Positions 1 to 12,214 of a DNA stretch of 64,000 nt are shown here, piece by piece. Under the pieces are notes generated by a model. It saw only the letters and a program-made list of their open reading frames with translations. It was not told where the DNA came from and searched no databases. Both the position numbers and the translations under genes were made by a program. The stretch comes from Ginglymostoma cirratum (taxonomy: Eukaryota). Where the stretch lies: the NCBI GenBank assembly GCA_024137785.1, contig JAHRHZ010000013.1, positions 52,062,978 to 52,126,977 of the forward strand. The letters are read 5' to 3'. The stretch's first letter is position 1, and the number at the start of each line of letters is the position of its first letter.

Positions 1-235
1 ATACTTGCTTGGAGAAAGGATTTGTTAATGGACAGGGAGCAAAGATTTAAGATGGCACACTGTAACTTATGAAGTGCCACGAGGATCAGTGCGGGTGCTC
101 GATCTAATCATAAGCTACAATGAGGGCTTAGACAAAAAGACAGAACAAAGCATTCAAGCTTGCTGATGATATAAATGTAGATTAGATGCAAGCTGTGAGG
201 AGGACACAAAAAGGCTGTAGATAGAGATGGAGAAA
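1..235 (+). mobile_element. Decayed CR1-clade LINE RT fragment
   Basis: Remnants of the GVPQGSV-like (gtgccacgaggatcagtg) and FADD-like (cttgctgatgat) codons, matching the better-preserved CR1 at 44.2-45.6 kb. Confidence 0.5.
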
Positions 236-249
236 TTATATAGAATAGA

Positions 250-790
250 ATACAAAATAGAAGAGAATAGCCTTTATTGCCACATGTACTTCAGTACAGA
301 AGTACAGGAGTACAGTGGAAAGTTTTTACAATGGTTCCCTTTAATGGCGCCATCTTAGGTACAAGACCCTAGGTACAAATCTTACAGATTGAAAAAAAGT
401 GTCATTACAGAGTTAAAAAAAAGTAGATAAGCACGAAAGAGTGAAAATGTCCACAATGATAGTAAGTGACCATAAATATCTCAATTCCAGTCCGTGGCTG
501 CAGGCCCCAGAGCACGAGGCCATGCTTCCTCCACGTGCTGGCCTCCATCCGGGACTCACTCCACCGCCTCTCCAGGAACCACCCCATCGCTTTGCCATGA
601 GACTTGGCCAATGCTCGCTCTGTTGCTGGACTTGGCCCATACTCACTCTGCTCTGCTGTGGGACACAGCCTGCTCACTCCTTCCTGTGGCGGGACATTCT
701 AGATGGAGTAAAAAGGTCGGGTGGGGAGGGTAGTATGAAGCTGTTCACTTGGTTTCTGCTGCAGGACTCGGCCCACTCACTCCACTTCTT
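250..790 (-). mobile_element. Unclassified non-coding interspersed repeat, copy 1
   Basis: The minus strand ends ...gtacctaagatggcgcc...tttccactgtac...gtggcaataaa plus a simple-repeat tail, homologous to 7220-7340 on the plus strand. Confidence 0.45.
696..750. repeat. 55-bp direct repeat, copy 1 (copy 2 at 1155-1209)
   Basis: attctagatggagtaaaaaggtcgggtggggagggta[g/a]tatgaagctgttcactt, one mismatch between copies. Confidence 0.95.
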
Positions 791-822
791 GACTCCACTC
801 TACATGGGCAACAATGCAGTTG

Positions 823-1154
823 AGCAGCACGGTGCCAAGGACCTGGGTTCAATTCTAGCCTTTGGTGACTGTCTGTGTGGAGTTTGCATGTTCCCTCTGT
901 GTCTGCGTGGGTTTCCTCCAGATGCTCAGATTACCTCCAACTGTCCAAAGATGTGCAGGTTAGATGGATTGGCCATGCTAAATTATCCAGTGCGTGTAGG
1001 GATGTGTAGGTTAGTCATGGGAAATGCAGGGTTATGGAGATAGGGCCAGGGTGTGGGATTGGGTGTGATGCTGTTTGGAGGGGTGGTGTGGACATAATGG
1101 GCCGAATGGCCTGCTTCCACATTGTAAGGTTTCTACGATTGTGTGAATCCCATG
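823..1154 (+). mobile_element. HE1-type V-SINE
   Basis: B box gggttcaattc, V-domain gtgtggagtttgcatgtt...gcgtgggtttcctcc...tccaaagatgtgcaggttag, CR1-derived tail gggccgaatggcct. Confidence 0.9.
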
Positions 1155-1387
1155 ATTCTAGATGGAGTAAAAAGGTCGGGTGGGGAGGGTAATATGAAGC
1201 TGTTCACTTTGTTCATAAGAATAGAAAGGCAGAATTCTTTATAAAAGGCCTCAAACCTGTATGTCACGATGTCAGATCTGCGTGTTTTTACACAGCCACT
1301 TACTCCACACCAGTCTTTAAGCCATGTGTTCATCTTTCTAATTTGATGTACAAATCTGCACAGAGCTGACATGATAATCCAGAGATT

Positions 1388-1590
1388 ATAACCCTTGAAT
1401 TACCTATCTTCAAATTTAGCATCTAGCTCCTTATACTCTCCATGCAGGACATCTTTCCTAGTTCCACCTATGTCATTGGTACCCATGTTGACCACAGCAA
1501 CTGGATTGTTAGCCTCCCACTGCAAGTTCCTCTTCAGCCCCGAGCAGATGTCCAGAGCCCTGGACAGGAGTGAGTCTGATTTCCACAACT
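1388..1590 (-). mobile_element. CR1 ORF1 esterase (SGNH-like) fragment
   Basis: Translation NPVAVVNMGTNDIGGTRKDVLHGEYKEL fits the CR1 ORF1 VVHIGTND motif. Confidence 0.75.
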
Positions 1591-4250
1591 ATTTAGTTAC
1601 ATTTCATAGTTCGATGCAACGTTTAGTCTGTTCTCTCTCCCCTTCCTAACCAACTCCCCTTACTGTTGAAAACTAGCCCTCAAATACGTGCTCCAACGAG
1701 CATCAGTTTCCATTATTTCTGGAGCATGTCCTTGTTCATTTTTAAAAGACCACTATTTACAACACTGTCAATAGTCATTAAAAAATTGGACTTTGAGGGG
1801 AAATCCTTAAATCAGTGCAAATATTCCAAGGCCCTATCCGACTGTTTTCCAAATCTCCACAGAGAACTCAATACTTTAACATCAAAAAATAACAACAGCC
1901 ATATCCTTTGTGCAAGTATGACTACAAATGGTGTTGATATCCTTATGGGAGCTTGGAAGGAACTGAAAATATAAACCTAAGGGTTGCAGTGACTATAAAA
2001 GGCATTGTACAATAGCTCTAGCGTTGGCTGTAGTCTTATTGTAGGAAATGACACAGTTCTTCAGCAGCTTCCATCGAGAAACACAATGTCAATTGGTCAA
2101 AGAAGCATTGTGTGTCCTGAACCTGAGCCTATCAACACTGCTTCACGGGTAAGGAATCCTTAATAGTATGCCTCTATCTGTTGCTGTCCCTACACATCTG
2201 TGATTCCTTCTCCCTAAATCTCCCACTTAAGATTCTTTGCCATGAATCAAAATGTCCAGAGGATTACCTTGATGAAAAAGCCATGTTGACAAATATCTCT
2301 TCAGAACTATGGAATGGGCTGCATAGTTGTAAACCATTGTATACCAGATGCTTAGTATCTCCTAAAGTTTCCAGCACCTTATAAATTGGGATCAGTTTAA
2401 AATCATTGGTAATTGCTGCCCACTTCCGTGAAACACCACAATTTTGCTGCTTGCACTTTGTGGATGATTTCAGGAGCTGGCAAGAATAATGGTGTCCAGG
2501 TCCTAAAAACATAGTAGGCCCTATTATTTTAATATGTAAGTGTTCCCTAAATGTTTCAAGCAGATTTGCTAATCAGCTACATTTATGCTTGCTTCAAAAC
2601 TGTTTTGGGTGGGCTTTAAGCAGCAAATGAGTAGAGTATATTGTTTCAAATTTTTGTCAAATGAGCACCCTATGCATGTTTATAAAAGGTGAGCCAAACA
2701 GATGGAAATCACTCCCACTTAGTTCAATGAAATAATTAGATATCGGTGAAACTGAGAATACTGCCATTCCAAAGTGGCAATTAAAATATATTAAAGTTAT
2801 TCTGAATTTAGTTTTAAAAAGTTGTGACAGCAAATATTATCTCAGGAGCTATTTGATTGTTAATTATGAGAATAATTCATGCAGAATTTCAAAAGACAAT
2901 AAGGCAAGGGAATTTGAAAATAAAGACTAATTTGTGACCTCCAGATAAATCCTAAGAGTTATGTATGTGGAATGAAAAACAAGATTTCAAATACTCAACA
3001 CAGCTCCTACCAATTATTTTCAAATACTTAAGGATAACACCATCAAAAACTAAAATGGCACGGAGCGTGGATAACTGAGCTGTGCTTTATAAAACTTATT
3101 TATTATGGATTAAGGTAATTTAGTCATAATAGTTGATAAAGCAAGTAATGCACTTCTGTGACCTAAATATATTGATTACATTTCATAATATGTTTTTGCT
3201 CTCAGGAATTTAATCATCCACTTATTGGAAGTAAGTAATGTAAGTAGCACAACAAATTGCAACTTTAATATCAAACCTGATGTTTAAATCTTCAACTTTG
3301 TTGAAAGAATTTAATTGAAATTTGAGGGAAATATATAAACATTTATGCTGCTCTTCCCATGTGTACTATTGACAAAAACCTACTTTAACATTTTGCAAAT
3401 CATCTGTACCAAATGTGAAAGCATTCCAAAGCATTTGAAAACCATACAATTGCATAATTAAAGGTTTTGCATCTGTCAAAGTGCCTGATCTATCTGAAAC
3501 ATGCTGATTGGTACATGTTTCATAGCAAGCAAATGACAATTGCTGAGACAATCTTTATTGCAGCTGTAAATTTAACAACTGAACATGAACTTGCCGAGCA
3601 ATCCTTTGCTTCCAATGTAAAGGAGGATTTTGCTTACAATTCGTAATAATATATGCTATGTTTTGTAGCTTAAAACCACAAAAACAACTAATATTTATAC
3701 AGCAACTTCAGAGTTTTTTTTACAAATGACACAGTCATGTAAGGAGATATTAGGTCAGGTGATTAAAAATGCAGATTTTAGGAAGGGTCTTAAAGGAGGA
3801 AAGTGAAGCAGAGAGATGGGAAGTTATACAGAAGAAATTAAAGGTTTAGGGCCTAGGCAGCTGAAGACATGCCCACCAATGGAGGAATAATTATGATTCA
3901 GAATGCATAAGAGTCTAGTCATTGCAAAATAGTGGCTCCTGCAATTCATTCTAAGTATCACAGCAGAAAATCCATTTTTTACTTATTAATAAATACCTTT
4001 TAAAATAACATTTCAACTTGTCAGACAGATAAGTACTGCAGCTCAACTATTCATTCATTAATAGATTTACTCCCTGTTTTATTCCATTAAAGTAATTATA
4101 CATCCAGGACCTTTCAAAAGGTCTTCTGAAGGGCCTGAGTGAGCTTTAGCCTTCAGTGCTTTGATAACCATATTAAATATTGCTTTGAGGTAGGGTAATT
4201 TAGCTCAAGGCAAATAATTGGACCATAGAAAAATAGGATCACAAAAGGTC

Positions 4251-4382
4251 AGAGATAATAGGTACTGCAGATGCTGGAGAATCCAAGATAACAAGGTGTG
4301 GAGCTGGATGAACACAGCAGGCCAAGCAGCATCATAGGAGCAGGAAAGCTTGACATTTCGGGCCTAGACCCTTCATCAGAAA
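4251..4382 (-). mobile_element. PLE family 1 pseudo-LTR terminus with hammerhead motif
   Basis: Near-identical to the 3' end of the PLE at 54289-54385; the minus strand reads tttCTGATGAagggtctaggcccGAAAtgTCaag. Confidence 0.85.
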
Positions 4383-5129
4383 GTCCTTTAGTTCTTTGAG
4401 ACTACTCCTCTTCAGTCAGATCGTGTTTAATCTGAACCTCAAGTTCTTTCAACAGCATTTGCTTCACATACTGTAATATCCTTACTTAAGATCAATTGAT
4501 CTTCCTTGAAAATTTCAATTCCCTCTCTGTAACCTTTTCAGTGAGAAGATTCCACAACTCAGTAACTCTTTGTATGCGAAGTTTTTTCCTGATTTCCCTT
4601 CTGACAAGTTTAGTTGAAGATGAAACCTCCTTCTTCTTCATTCTTCCAGCCAAGGAAATTATTTCTTTGCATGAACTCTATCAGATTCCTTTAGCATTTT
4701 CAACCTTTAGCATTTTGCCCCTTAGGATTCTAAACTTAAGAGATCACATGTCAAATTTTTGCAACATTTCCTCATAAGCTTACCGCTAAAGTCCCAGTAT
4801 TATCCTGTTGAATCTTCAAGGTAACCTGTCCAAGTATTGTCAAGTTATAAAATTACGAAAACTAAATGCAGTTCTCTAGCTGAAATTTCATCAAAGCATG
4901 ATAAAAATCAAAGGATATTCGAAATCATTTGGATCATGGATTACCTCACACATCTCCCCCACCAGCAATAAGTCTGCACATTCAAATCATCTATGTCCCT
5001 GGGCAAACGTCATGAGTTACTAACAGAAATATTAAACTAATTAGTACGCTGTGGCACGACAACTCTGTGGAAAAGCCATATGCCATCTCTCAGCATAAGA
5101 TCTGTATTGGCTGTTGACATCATTCACCC

Positions 5130-5450
5130 AGACTTATGTTTTATGTAACTCTGAAATGCTACATCAAACTTGCAAGATTCTTTTGACTATACCTTCCAAA
5201 CCCCAGCTGTCTAAACCTGGAAGAACAAGGGGATTAGGTGCATAGGGAAACCACCAGTTATAAATTTTTTCTCGAAGTCAAACGCTACACTGACCTGGAA
5301 ATGTATTGATATTCCTTCATTGTTGCTGAATCAAAACTCTGAAAGTCCTTACGTTACTACTGTAAGTTTTAGGAAAGCACCTGACCATCAGTTTTGCAAT
5401 GGTAATTAGGGTTAAGCATTAAATGCTGGCATTACCAGCATTCTCTTATT
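5130..5450 (+). mobile_element. Decayed 3' end of a second (non-CR1) LINE family
   Basis: Homologous to the minus-strand copies at 24140-24460, 29675-30270 and 40510-40760; ends in gtaattagggttaagcattaaatgctggc. Confidence 0.55.
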
Positions 5451-6099
5451 TGTGTGAAGGCTACAGATGGAGTGATGTGGAAACTGGTGTAGTGTTAATG
5501 TGCACTTTTCAGCAGACAGGTTTCCTTTCATTGGTTTGGAGGGCATGTGATCTAAATTACTCAACTAAAGAAAAGAATTTTTAGATAATTTTAATTATTT
5601 TCATGTTTTTCTTTGTGATTATCCAACAGCCACTGACACGCTAGCTCATAGTCACATTTAAATCTGAAAGAGCAGTCCTTTCAAACCCTTCATGATGTTT
5701 GCATGTCTTAACTTACAATTTGAATGCCTTTTCTAAATGTATAGAGATAATGGTTACAAAATGCAAACAAGTGTGAGGATTGTTAAGCAGAGTTGACTCA
5801 TGACCATCATTTCTGATACAAATAGTACGCAAACTCTATTGGCTTCTCCTTTGACTTAAGTTTGACATTGTGACTTAATGACTTATTCTGCAGCAAGTGT
5901 AAACATATTATTAAGTCATTTCACACATGAACAGAGAGTGCGAAATTGTTGTTTTCATTGAAGTTAGAACCACTGGAAGTCAATCTGCACTATTCAAGCA
6001 AGCCAGCTACCCTTTAAAGGCAGGGGAATTTTGACAATTGTGGATGCTGAACTGTTTGTAGGAGAGCATAAGAGCAAGAAGAACACTGAATTACAGCAT

Positions 6100-6300
6100 A
6101 ACATGGTGGAGTGCAGGCCTTAGGGTTTTCTGATGCTCACTTGAGGTTTGGGTTGAGATGCGGAGAAAACTGCTGAGATCTAAACAACGGCATTCAGGAG
6201 ACCCACCAGACAAACTCTCAGGAGGCAATGTGAGCGGATAGCTATGATAGACAATTGCAGGACTTAGATGCAGTACTGCAAGAAACTCATTGACCTCATA
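6100..6300 (+). pseudogene. Harbinger Myb/SANT-like ORF remnant
   Basis: Frameshifted FSDAHL...RRP...MQYCKKLIDL pattern, parallel to 32130-32345 and 51960-52160. Confidence 0.5.
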
Positions 6301-6721
6301 TTCTCTAAATATTAATGCATCTGCAAACATCATTTGCAAACAACTGCCCCACTACTCTCACAAATCGATCAGTTCACCACAACCCCCTATCACTCACTCA
6401 CAAAGACAAACTATCAATAAAAATTGATACTTAACCATTCTAGTGTCATCTAAGTATAAGTTCTAAACCTATTGTGCTATGTCTTGGCCAGTATGGCAAC
6501 ACACCTCTTTGTAGTGGTGACATAATAAGCACATCTCTTGAAGTTATACTGACATACTACACATTATTCTTCTTTTTCCAAACATACACCTGGTTGTACA
6601 TAAGCACATGTTATCAATTTGATAATTATACAAACAGGATAATTGTCAAATGTAACAAGATCTAGGTAATATCCAGGTTTGGGGTGAGAAATGGCAAGTA
6701 ACATTCACACCACACATGGTA

Positions 6722-7340
6722 TGAGATCGCTGCGGAAGAGGGCTCCTGACCTGAAGCTCATCCGCTCTGACTGATTCTCTTTCTACACTTTCTTTTTTTT
6801 TTAGGGTCTTAGTTTGTGTTTTCTCTATTTATTTTCTGGAGGGAGCTCAGTCAAGGAGGCAGTGGTGGTTGGTAGCATCACAGCTTCTCCGAGGTCTGGA
6901 GTGTGGAAGCGGCCGGTGGCCTGGAGTGAAACTCCAACGGGACTATGGGAGCAGGTAACCTGGGGCGGTTGGTGGCGAGAGTGGGAGCAGGGAACAGAAA
7001 CAGGCTGCTCAGTACAGGAGCAGGTAGCTCAGGCCAGCAGCGGGGCAAGGTCGAGCCTGGAGCTGGGGAGGTTGAGCGCCTGTGATGAGAGCGAACCCAG
7101 TATGGTTGGGCATTTATAGACGGTAGTGTTGAATTGTTAACGGCTTCTTTGTTTTTCCACTTTTCAGTAAGATGGACAGTCACGTTTAATGTTTTAACTT
7201 TGTTTTCCTTATTTTTCTGTTTTGTACCTAAAATTCTGCAATTAGGTACCTGTGTACCTAGAATTGTGTCGTAAGAGGCAACTCATAAACTTTTCACTGT
7301 ATTCATGTGAGCACAGGTGACAATAAACCTAATTCAAAAT
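6722..7340 (+). mobile_element. Unclassified non-coding interspersed repeat, copy 2
   Basis: GC-rich body and 3' end gtacctag...cttttcactgtattc...gtgacaataaa...attcaaaattc shared with 250-790. Confidence 0.5.
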
Positions 7341-7433
7341 TCCCTTATCTTCTGAACATTAGTTGCGGTGGGAATGGTAATTCCAGCTCCATTGGTTTTG
7401 AACTAAGATTCAGCAACACAATGTGAGAATCAA

Positions 7434-7780
7434 GGGGAAGTGATGGTCTAAAGGTATCCCTAGACTATTAATCCAGAGACTTAGGTAATGTTCGGGAGAC
7501 AACGATTCAAATCCCAACATGGCAGATGGCTGAATTTTAGAACAAAACAATTGGAATTTATAGCCTAACGGTGACTGTGAAACTCACTGCCAATTTTCAG
7601 GGGACAAATCCATCTGGCTGACGGGTGGTCCTTTAGGGAAGAAAGCTGCCAAGTTTGCCTGGTCTGGCCTACATGTGGCTCCAGATTCACAGCAATATGG
7701 TTGATTCATAGCAATTAGAGATGGGCAATAAATACTGGCCTGGTCAGCAACACCCCCAGCCCATAAATAAATTTTAAAAA
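7434..7780 (+). mobile_element. tRNA-derived SINE type B
   Basis: Head ggggaagtgatggtcta...gattcaaatccc, core cctttagggaagaaagctgcc...ggtctggcctacatgtg, tail gatgggcaataaatactggcc shared with the second LINE family. Confidence 0.8.
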
Positions 7781-7994
7781 AGCATGTTTTGTTGTTTGAC
7801 ACATAATGATCATTGATTTGATAATACAATAAATTCTGCCGAACGATTTGAAGATGGATAATGGCGTGGTGATGTGATGTGGCTCACTTTCTTAATTAGT
7901 GCATGACTTGAAATAGTTTGCCAACGGTCTGTGGCCCTTTATCAGACACTCTGCATTCTGGGATACTTAATAAACTGAAAAAAAAAAGAGTTAA

Positions 7995-8168
7995 AATAAA
8001 ACAAAGAACTGGACACTGGAGATCCGAAACAAAAACAAAATGATGAGAAACTCAACAGGTCTGGCAGCATCCTTCATCACAGGGCTCAATGTTAACTCTG
8101 TTTTTCTCTCTACAAATGTTGCCAAACCTACTGAGTTTCTCCAGCACTTCCTCTCTTTGTTTCTGAAA
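7995..8168. mobile_element. PLE family 3 pseudo-LTR fold-back remnant
   Basis: gagaaactcaacaggtctggcagcat followed by its inverted copy atgttgccaaacctactgagtttctc. Confidence 0.65.
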
Positions 8169-8599
8169 ATAATGCTCATTGTGTTGCTAAATCACAGAAT
8201 GGGGAATTTAGAAGAGTAATCTGTTATAAAGATGTAATCTTCGTGCGGTGTGTGTATAGGTCTATTGCTGCCTTTGTTGATGGAGTGGATGGAACATAAT
8301 GTAGATTTTCTACCGCCTTCCACTGCTGAAGCTGATATGTTTGGAATGCCTCACATGTGATCATTGAGAGCCCTGATTTAGCCCTGACCAGTAGAGCAAT
8401 TCATGTGTGAGTCACCTTGAGGAATCAGAGAAAAGTCACCCACATGAGAAGAATGGAAGAAGATATAATGAGGAGATGCTTCTCTAGTCATAGCCTATTT
8501 GTGATTCATCCATGAGCTCAACAGCAACAAACCCAATTGAGAAAGATCCTGTGTTTGGAACCGCAGTGAGCAGACAGATAAGTAAGTGTGAACAGTGCT

Positions 8600-9140
8600 G
8601 GTGTCACTGAAGGAACCTGAAGGCCAGAGGTAGAGTGATTAGGGATCTAGATGTCTTTTTAGTAAAGGATAGGGGAGTGGGAGCCAACTTTCTGCAGGAA
8701 GTTGGAGGTGGTGGGGTGATGGTGGTGATGAATGAGAGCGATGGGATTGTCTTTTTGATGAGGCCAAGAGGAGTTAAGGACTATCTTTTTTCCAAAATGG
8801 CAGTCTGCTGGGTCCAGGAGTGGGCTGCGGAATGTTGGGAGGAAGATGTAGATTGCAAAGGTTTGGGGAGACAGGGAGGCTGAAAGGGTTTTTAGAAGTG
8901 ACAGAGAGGCTACGAGAGACTTAAGTGAGACAGGGAGACTGCCAGCAAGCATGAGGAATGATATTAAGGTCCCAAGGGAGATTGAGGGCTGTGGCTAAGG
9001 AGAGAAAGCACGATGCAAGGAAGCTTCTTGGGAGACAGGGAAGATGCAGGAGATTTGCAGCTGAAAGGGAGGTTGTTTCAGTGGGGTAAAAGGGAGGCAG
9101 CAAGGGCCTGGTGGAGAGAATTTTAACTTGAGATTGAGAT
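8600..9140 (-). mobile_element. Decayed LINE ORF2 fragment (L2/CR1-like)
   Basis: Purine-rich plus strand and a Pro/Ser/Leu-rich degenerate minus-strand frame; no catalytic motif is clearly readable. Confidence 0.35.
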
Positions 9141-10619
9141 CTGAGATGTACTAAATAAGGTTGCAACTGCTTGGTTAAAATCTTCCAGCTTTGTCCATTT
9201 GCAATGAAAATACATTAGCTGACATCTCACCAATCTGTGGAAGGTGTGCTTCAGTAGATGGCTTTTTGTGTAGGAGAATGAGTCAATCGTTTTTAAAGAA
9301 AAAACCTTTATAGCTAACTTTTTGTTTGCAGTCTTAAGCCAACTTAAATATTGTGATGTTTGCAAATTAACTTTTTGTGTATTACGAGCTTTAAATTTAA
9401 TTGAGGGTTGATAAGTACTGGGGACTTGTATGAAATCCCATGAGTCTAAATAGCCCACATATTAACACATTTGTGGAAGATATTGCTACTGTGTGACTGC
9501 ATCACCAAATAAGTATGAGTTGGTGGGAATTTAAAAAGAGGTCCTGGAAATCTTGAAGTTAATGAAAATAATTGCTAACAAAAAATCTTAAGGAGCCCTC
9601 AAAAAGAGAACAAATGTTCTGTCTTGATCTTGCAGCTTAGACGATCAGCAAGCAGTAAAATAATCAAGATGTTTTTACCGCATGCAAGGCCTGGACAGCT
9701 TTCAAAATGAGACATTGTGCCAAGAATCTGTTTCTTATCAACTGTGAAAATTATTACAAAAAGCTTCAACACTTTTTTGTGTGATACAACATGTTATCTA
9801 CATTCCAGCTGATCACAGATCTGATTAAACGGGCAGTCATTACTCAACCAGATGAGCACAATAAAGCATTATATCTATCAGCATCAAGAGCATGTAATCA
9901 ATGTCAACAGAAAGATGTTAAAGAAGGATGCATTTGTAAAACAAGAGAGACAAAAAAAAATCTATAATGGAACACATTGCTATCTAATCGGCCATACTAT
10001 CATGTAGAGCACTCTCATCATAGTGCTCTGTGATATAGCATGACCTCCAACATGTACATTTTACGCCTCCCTTAACAAAAAAAATTAAAGTTTTTATATT
10101 GCAAAACCTCTAATGAACATAATAGAAGTGTGGTTTACTGTGTGGGGAAACACTTAATGTTTCACACTACTGATAAGTATTGTTCTACTACTAAGAATTA
10201 TATTTTATCAGAGCACAATAAACATTTTAATCAGTGGATTGTGTCTAAATAATTTTCTTTCAATGCAATTCTGATAAATATAGTTATATCCTTTTTGCAA
10301 AACTTTTAAAACATCCCAGAAGGTGGTTGGAATTGAGGCATAAGATTTAATATTAGATCCACAGGGTATAAAACAACGTTTGCATTAAAGAATGATTTGC
10401 AGACTACAGTTGGTTCTGCTATAACGTGTGTTCCGGCAATGCAAATTGGCTGTAACATGATTGACAAATAGGGAATGCTATTTCTAAAATGCGAGCTTGT
10501 GTTGGCAATGACACGATTCCATCGGTGCACAGAGGAGTACGCATCGACACCACACATGATCGTTTTGTGGGCTTTGTCCTGAGCACGCCCAATGTTACTA
10601 CTGAAAGAGCAGAGCAGTC

Positions 10620-10985
10620 ACTGAGGGGGATAAGGACAGTGTTCTTCAATTTTGGAAAAGCTTTAACATCAAGATTACAATTGACATTATCGTGGACGCC
10701 TGGGGTGATGTCAGTAAGAACTGCCTGCATACAGTTTGGCGGAAGCGTCTCCCAGAAGTTTTTCAAGATCTTGAAACCTTTGACGTGTCACGGGAGCTCC
10801 CAAGAACCAAAGAACTTTGTGTTAATCTTGCAAAGCAAGTTGGATTTGAAATGGAGAGTGAGGATGTTGAAGAGCTGCTTGAGTCCCACTGTGAAGACCT
10901 CTCTACAGCTGATTTACAACAACTTGTCACTGAGGGGGAAGTGAAAGCTGGAGATGAAGAAAATGAAGTCCAGATGCAACACCAC
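10620..10985 (+). pseudogene. Tigger-type transposase C-terminal remnant
   Basis: SVLQFWKSFNIKITIDIIVDAWGDVSKNCLHTVWRK...LAKQVGF...EDVEELLESHCEDLS, typical of the TIGD/Tigger region after the DDE domain. Confidence 0.8.
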
Positions 10986-11002
10986 AGATGCTTTCCACTT
11001 CT

Positions 11003-11237
11003 AAGATAATAAGGTGTGGAGCTGGATGAACACAGCAGGCCAAGCAGCATCATAGGAGCAGGAAAGCCTGACGTTTCGGGCCTAGACCCTTCATCAGAAA
11101 ATGATTTTCTGATAAAGGGTCTAGGCCCAAAACGTCAAGCCTGTCCTGCTCCTATGATGCTGCTTGGCCTGCTGTGTTCATCCAGCTCCGCACCTTGTTA
11201 TCTCGGATTGTCCAGCATCTGCAGTACCTATTATCTC
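11003..11237. mobile_element. Palindromic PLE family 1 fold-back insertion with 14-bp TSD
   Basis: About 97-bp inverted arms meeting at about 11100; tgctttccacttct duplicated at 10989-11002 and 11238-11251. Confidence 0.9.
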
Positions 11238-12214
11238 TGCTTTCCACTTCTGTTTTGCCTTCTATCCTGAGGGAAGTTGAGAAGCAGTTGCAGCTCTCAG
11301 AGGACAGCAATTACAATACAGGACGATGCAGGGTAGCAGCTCGTGGAATAAGATCTTTTTTGGCACAGCTTCTTCATGAAAGAGGAAAAAGAGCAAAGCA
11401 GCAAAAATTCAATGTCTTTTTTTAAGCCAAACCCCAAGAAACAGTCAGAAGACAATGAACCAGAGCCGTCCACTTCTGAATGAATTATTTTTCACCCTAA
11501 TCCTGCAACCACAACTGCACCTGAAGGTGATGATGATGATGATGACAACCCTCAGCCCCTGCAGTAACAACAGGGCAACCTCAAAACCTCCGCCTCCATC
11601 AAGTCATCTTGACATTTTTTTCAAGGTAAGGTGTTAAATTTACTGTTACTTAGTTATTAGATATGAATTAAACATTGATTCAAACTGTGCTATCCTTTGT
11701 GTTAGGCTTTTGAGTGATTTTTGAGCAATTTTGAGTGATATGTTTTGGCGGTCTGCCCCAACCCCACTTTTCCCATAGGCCTCGTTATTTCTAATGCGTG
11801 ATTTTCTATAACACGGTGTTGCGCAGGAACACAAATGTTGCACTATGGCAGAACTGACTGTATAACAATTCTAAGGGAGTAGGCAACATTGCCAGCTACT
11901 GTCCAAAAATTGTTCTTCTTAGCCTAAAACTCCATTTCCCACTGAGTCACATATTTCACTGGCTAAACAGCAAACTTCTTCACAAAGTAATTACAAGGCA
12001 ATTTAACTGACCTCTCCAGCAAGCTCAGCTGCAACCTCATACTTTTAAAGCATACTCCTCCGGTTCTGGCTATTATCCTTTCCTGGAGCCATTTGGAGCA
12101 CCCTGCCACATTTCCTGTCCACCCATGCATCCTGCATTAAGTCACACTGCTGTGTAAAGTGCCAGGCAATATTCAAAGCAGTCTGTGCGATGGCAACATT
12201 TATAAATAAAGAAT

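Larger units (their letters stand above)
10407..11860 (+). mobile_element. Tigger/pogo (Tc1-mariner superfamily) DNA transposon, internally deleted
   Basis: TIRs cagttggttctgctata / tatggcagaactgactg, TA on both sides (10405-6 and 11861-2), transposase C-terminal remnant inside. Confidence 0.85.

Noticed and set aside
441-1043. 200-aa ORF
   Set aside because: It reads through an unclassified repeat, the 55-bp duplicate and an HE1 SINE, so it is a chance open frame
10489-10944. 151-aa ORF
   Set aside because: It is an off-frame reading of the Tigger remnant; the transposase-like frame is the overlapping one containing 10692-10985
11528-11546. (GAT)n run giving a poly-Met ORF
   Set aside because: Simple repeat, probably the acidic tail region of the transposase
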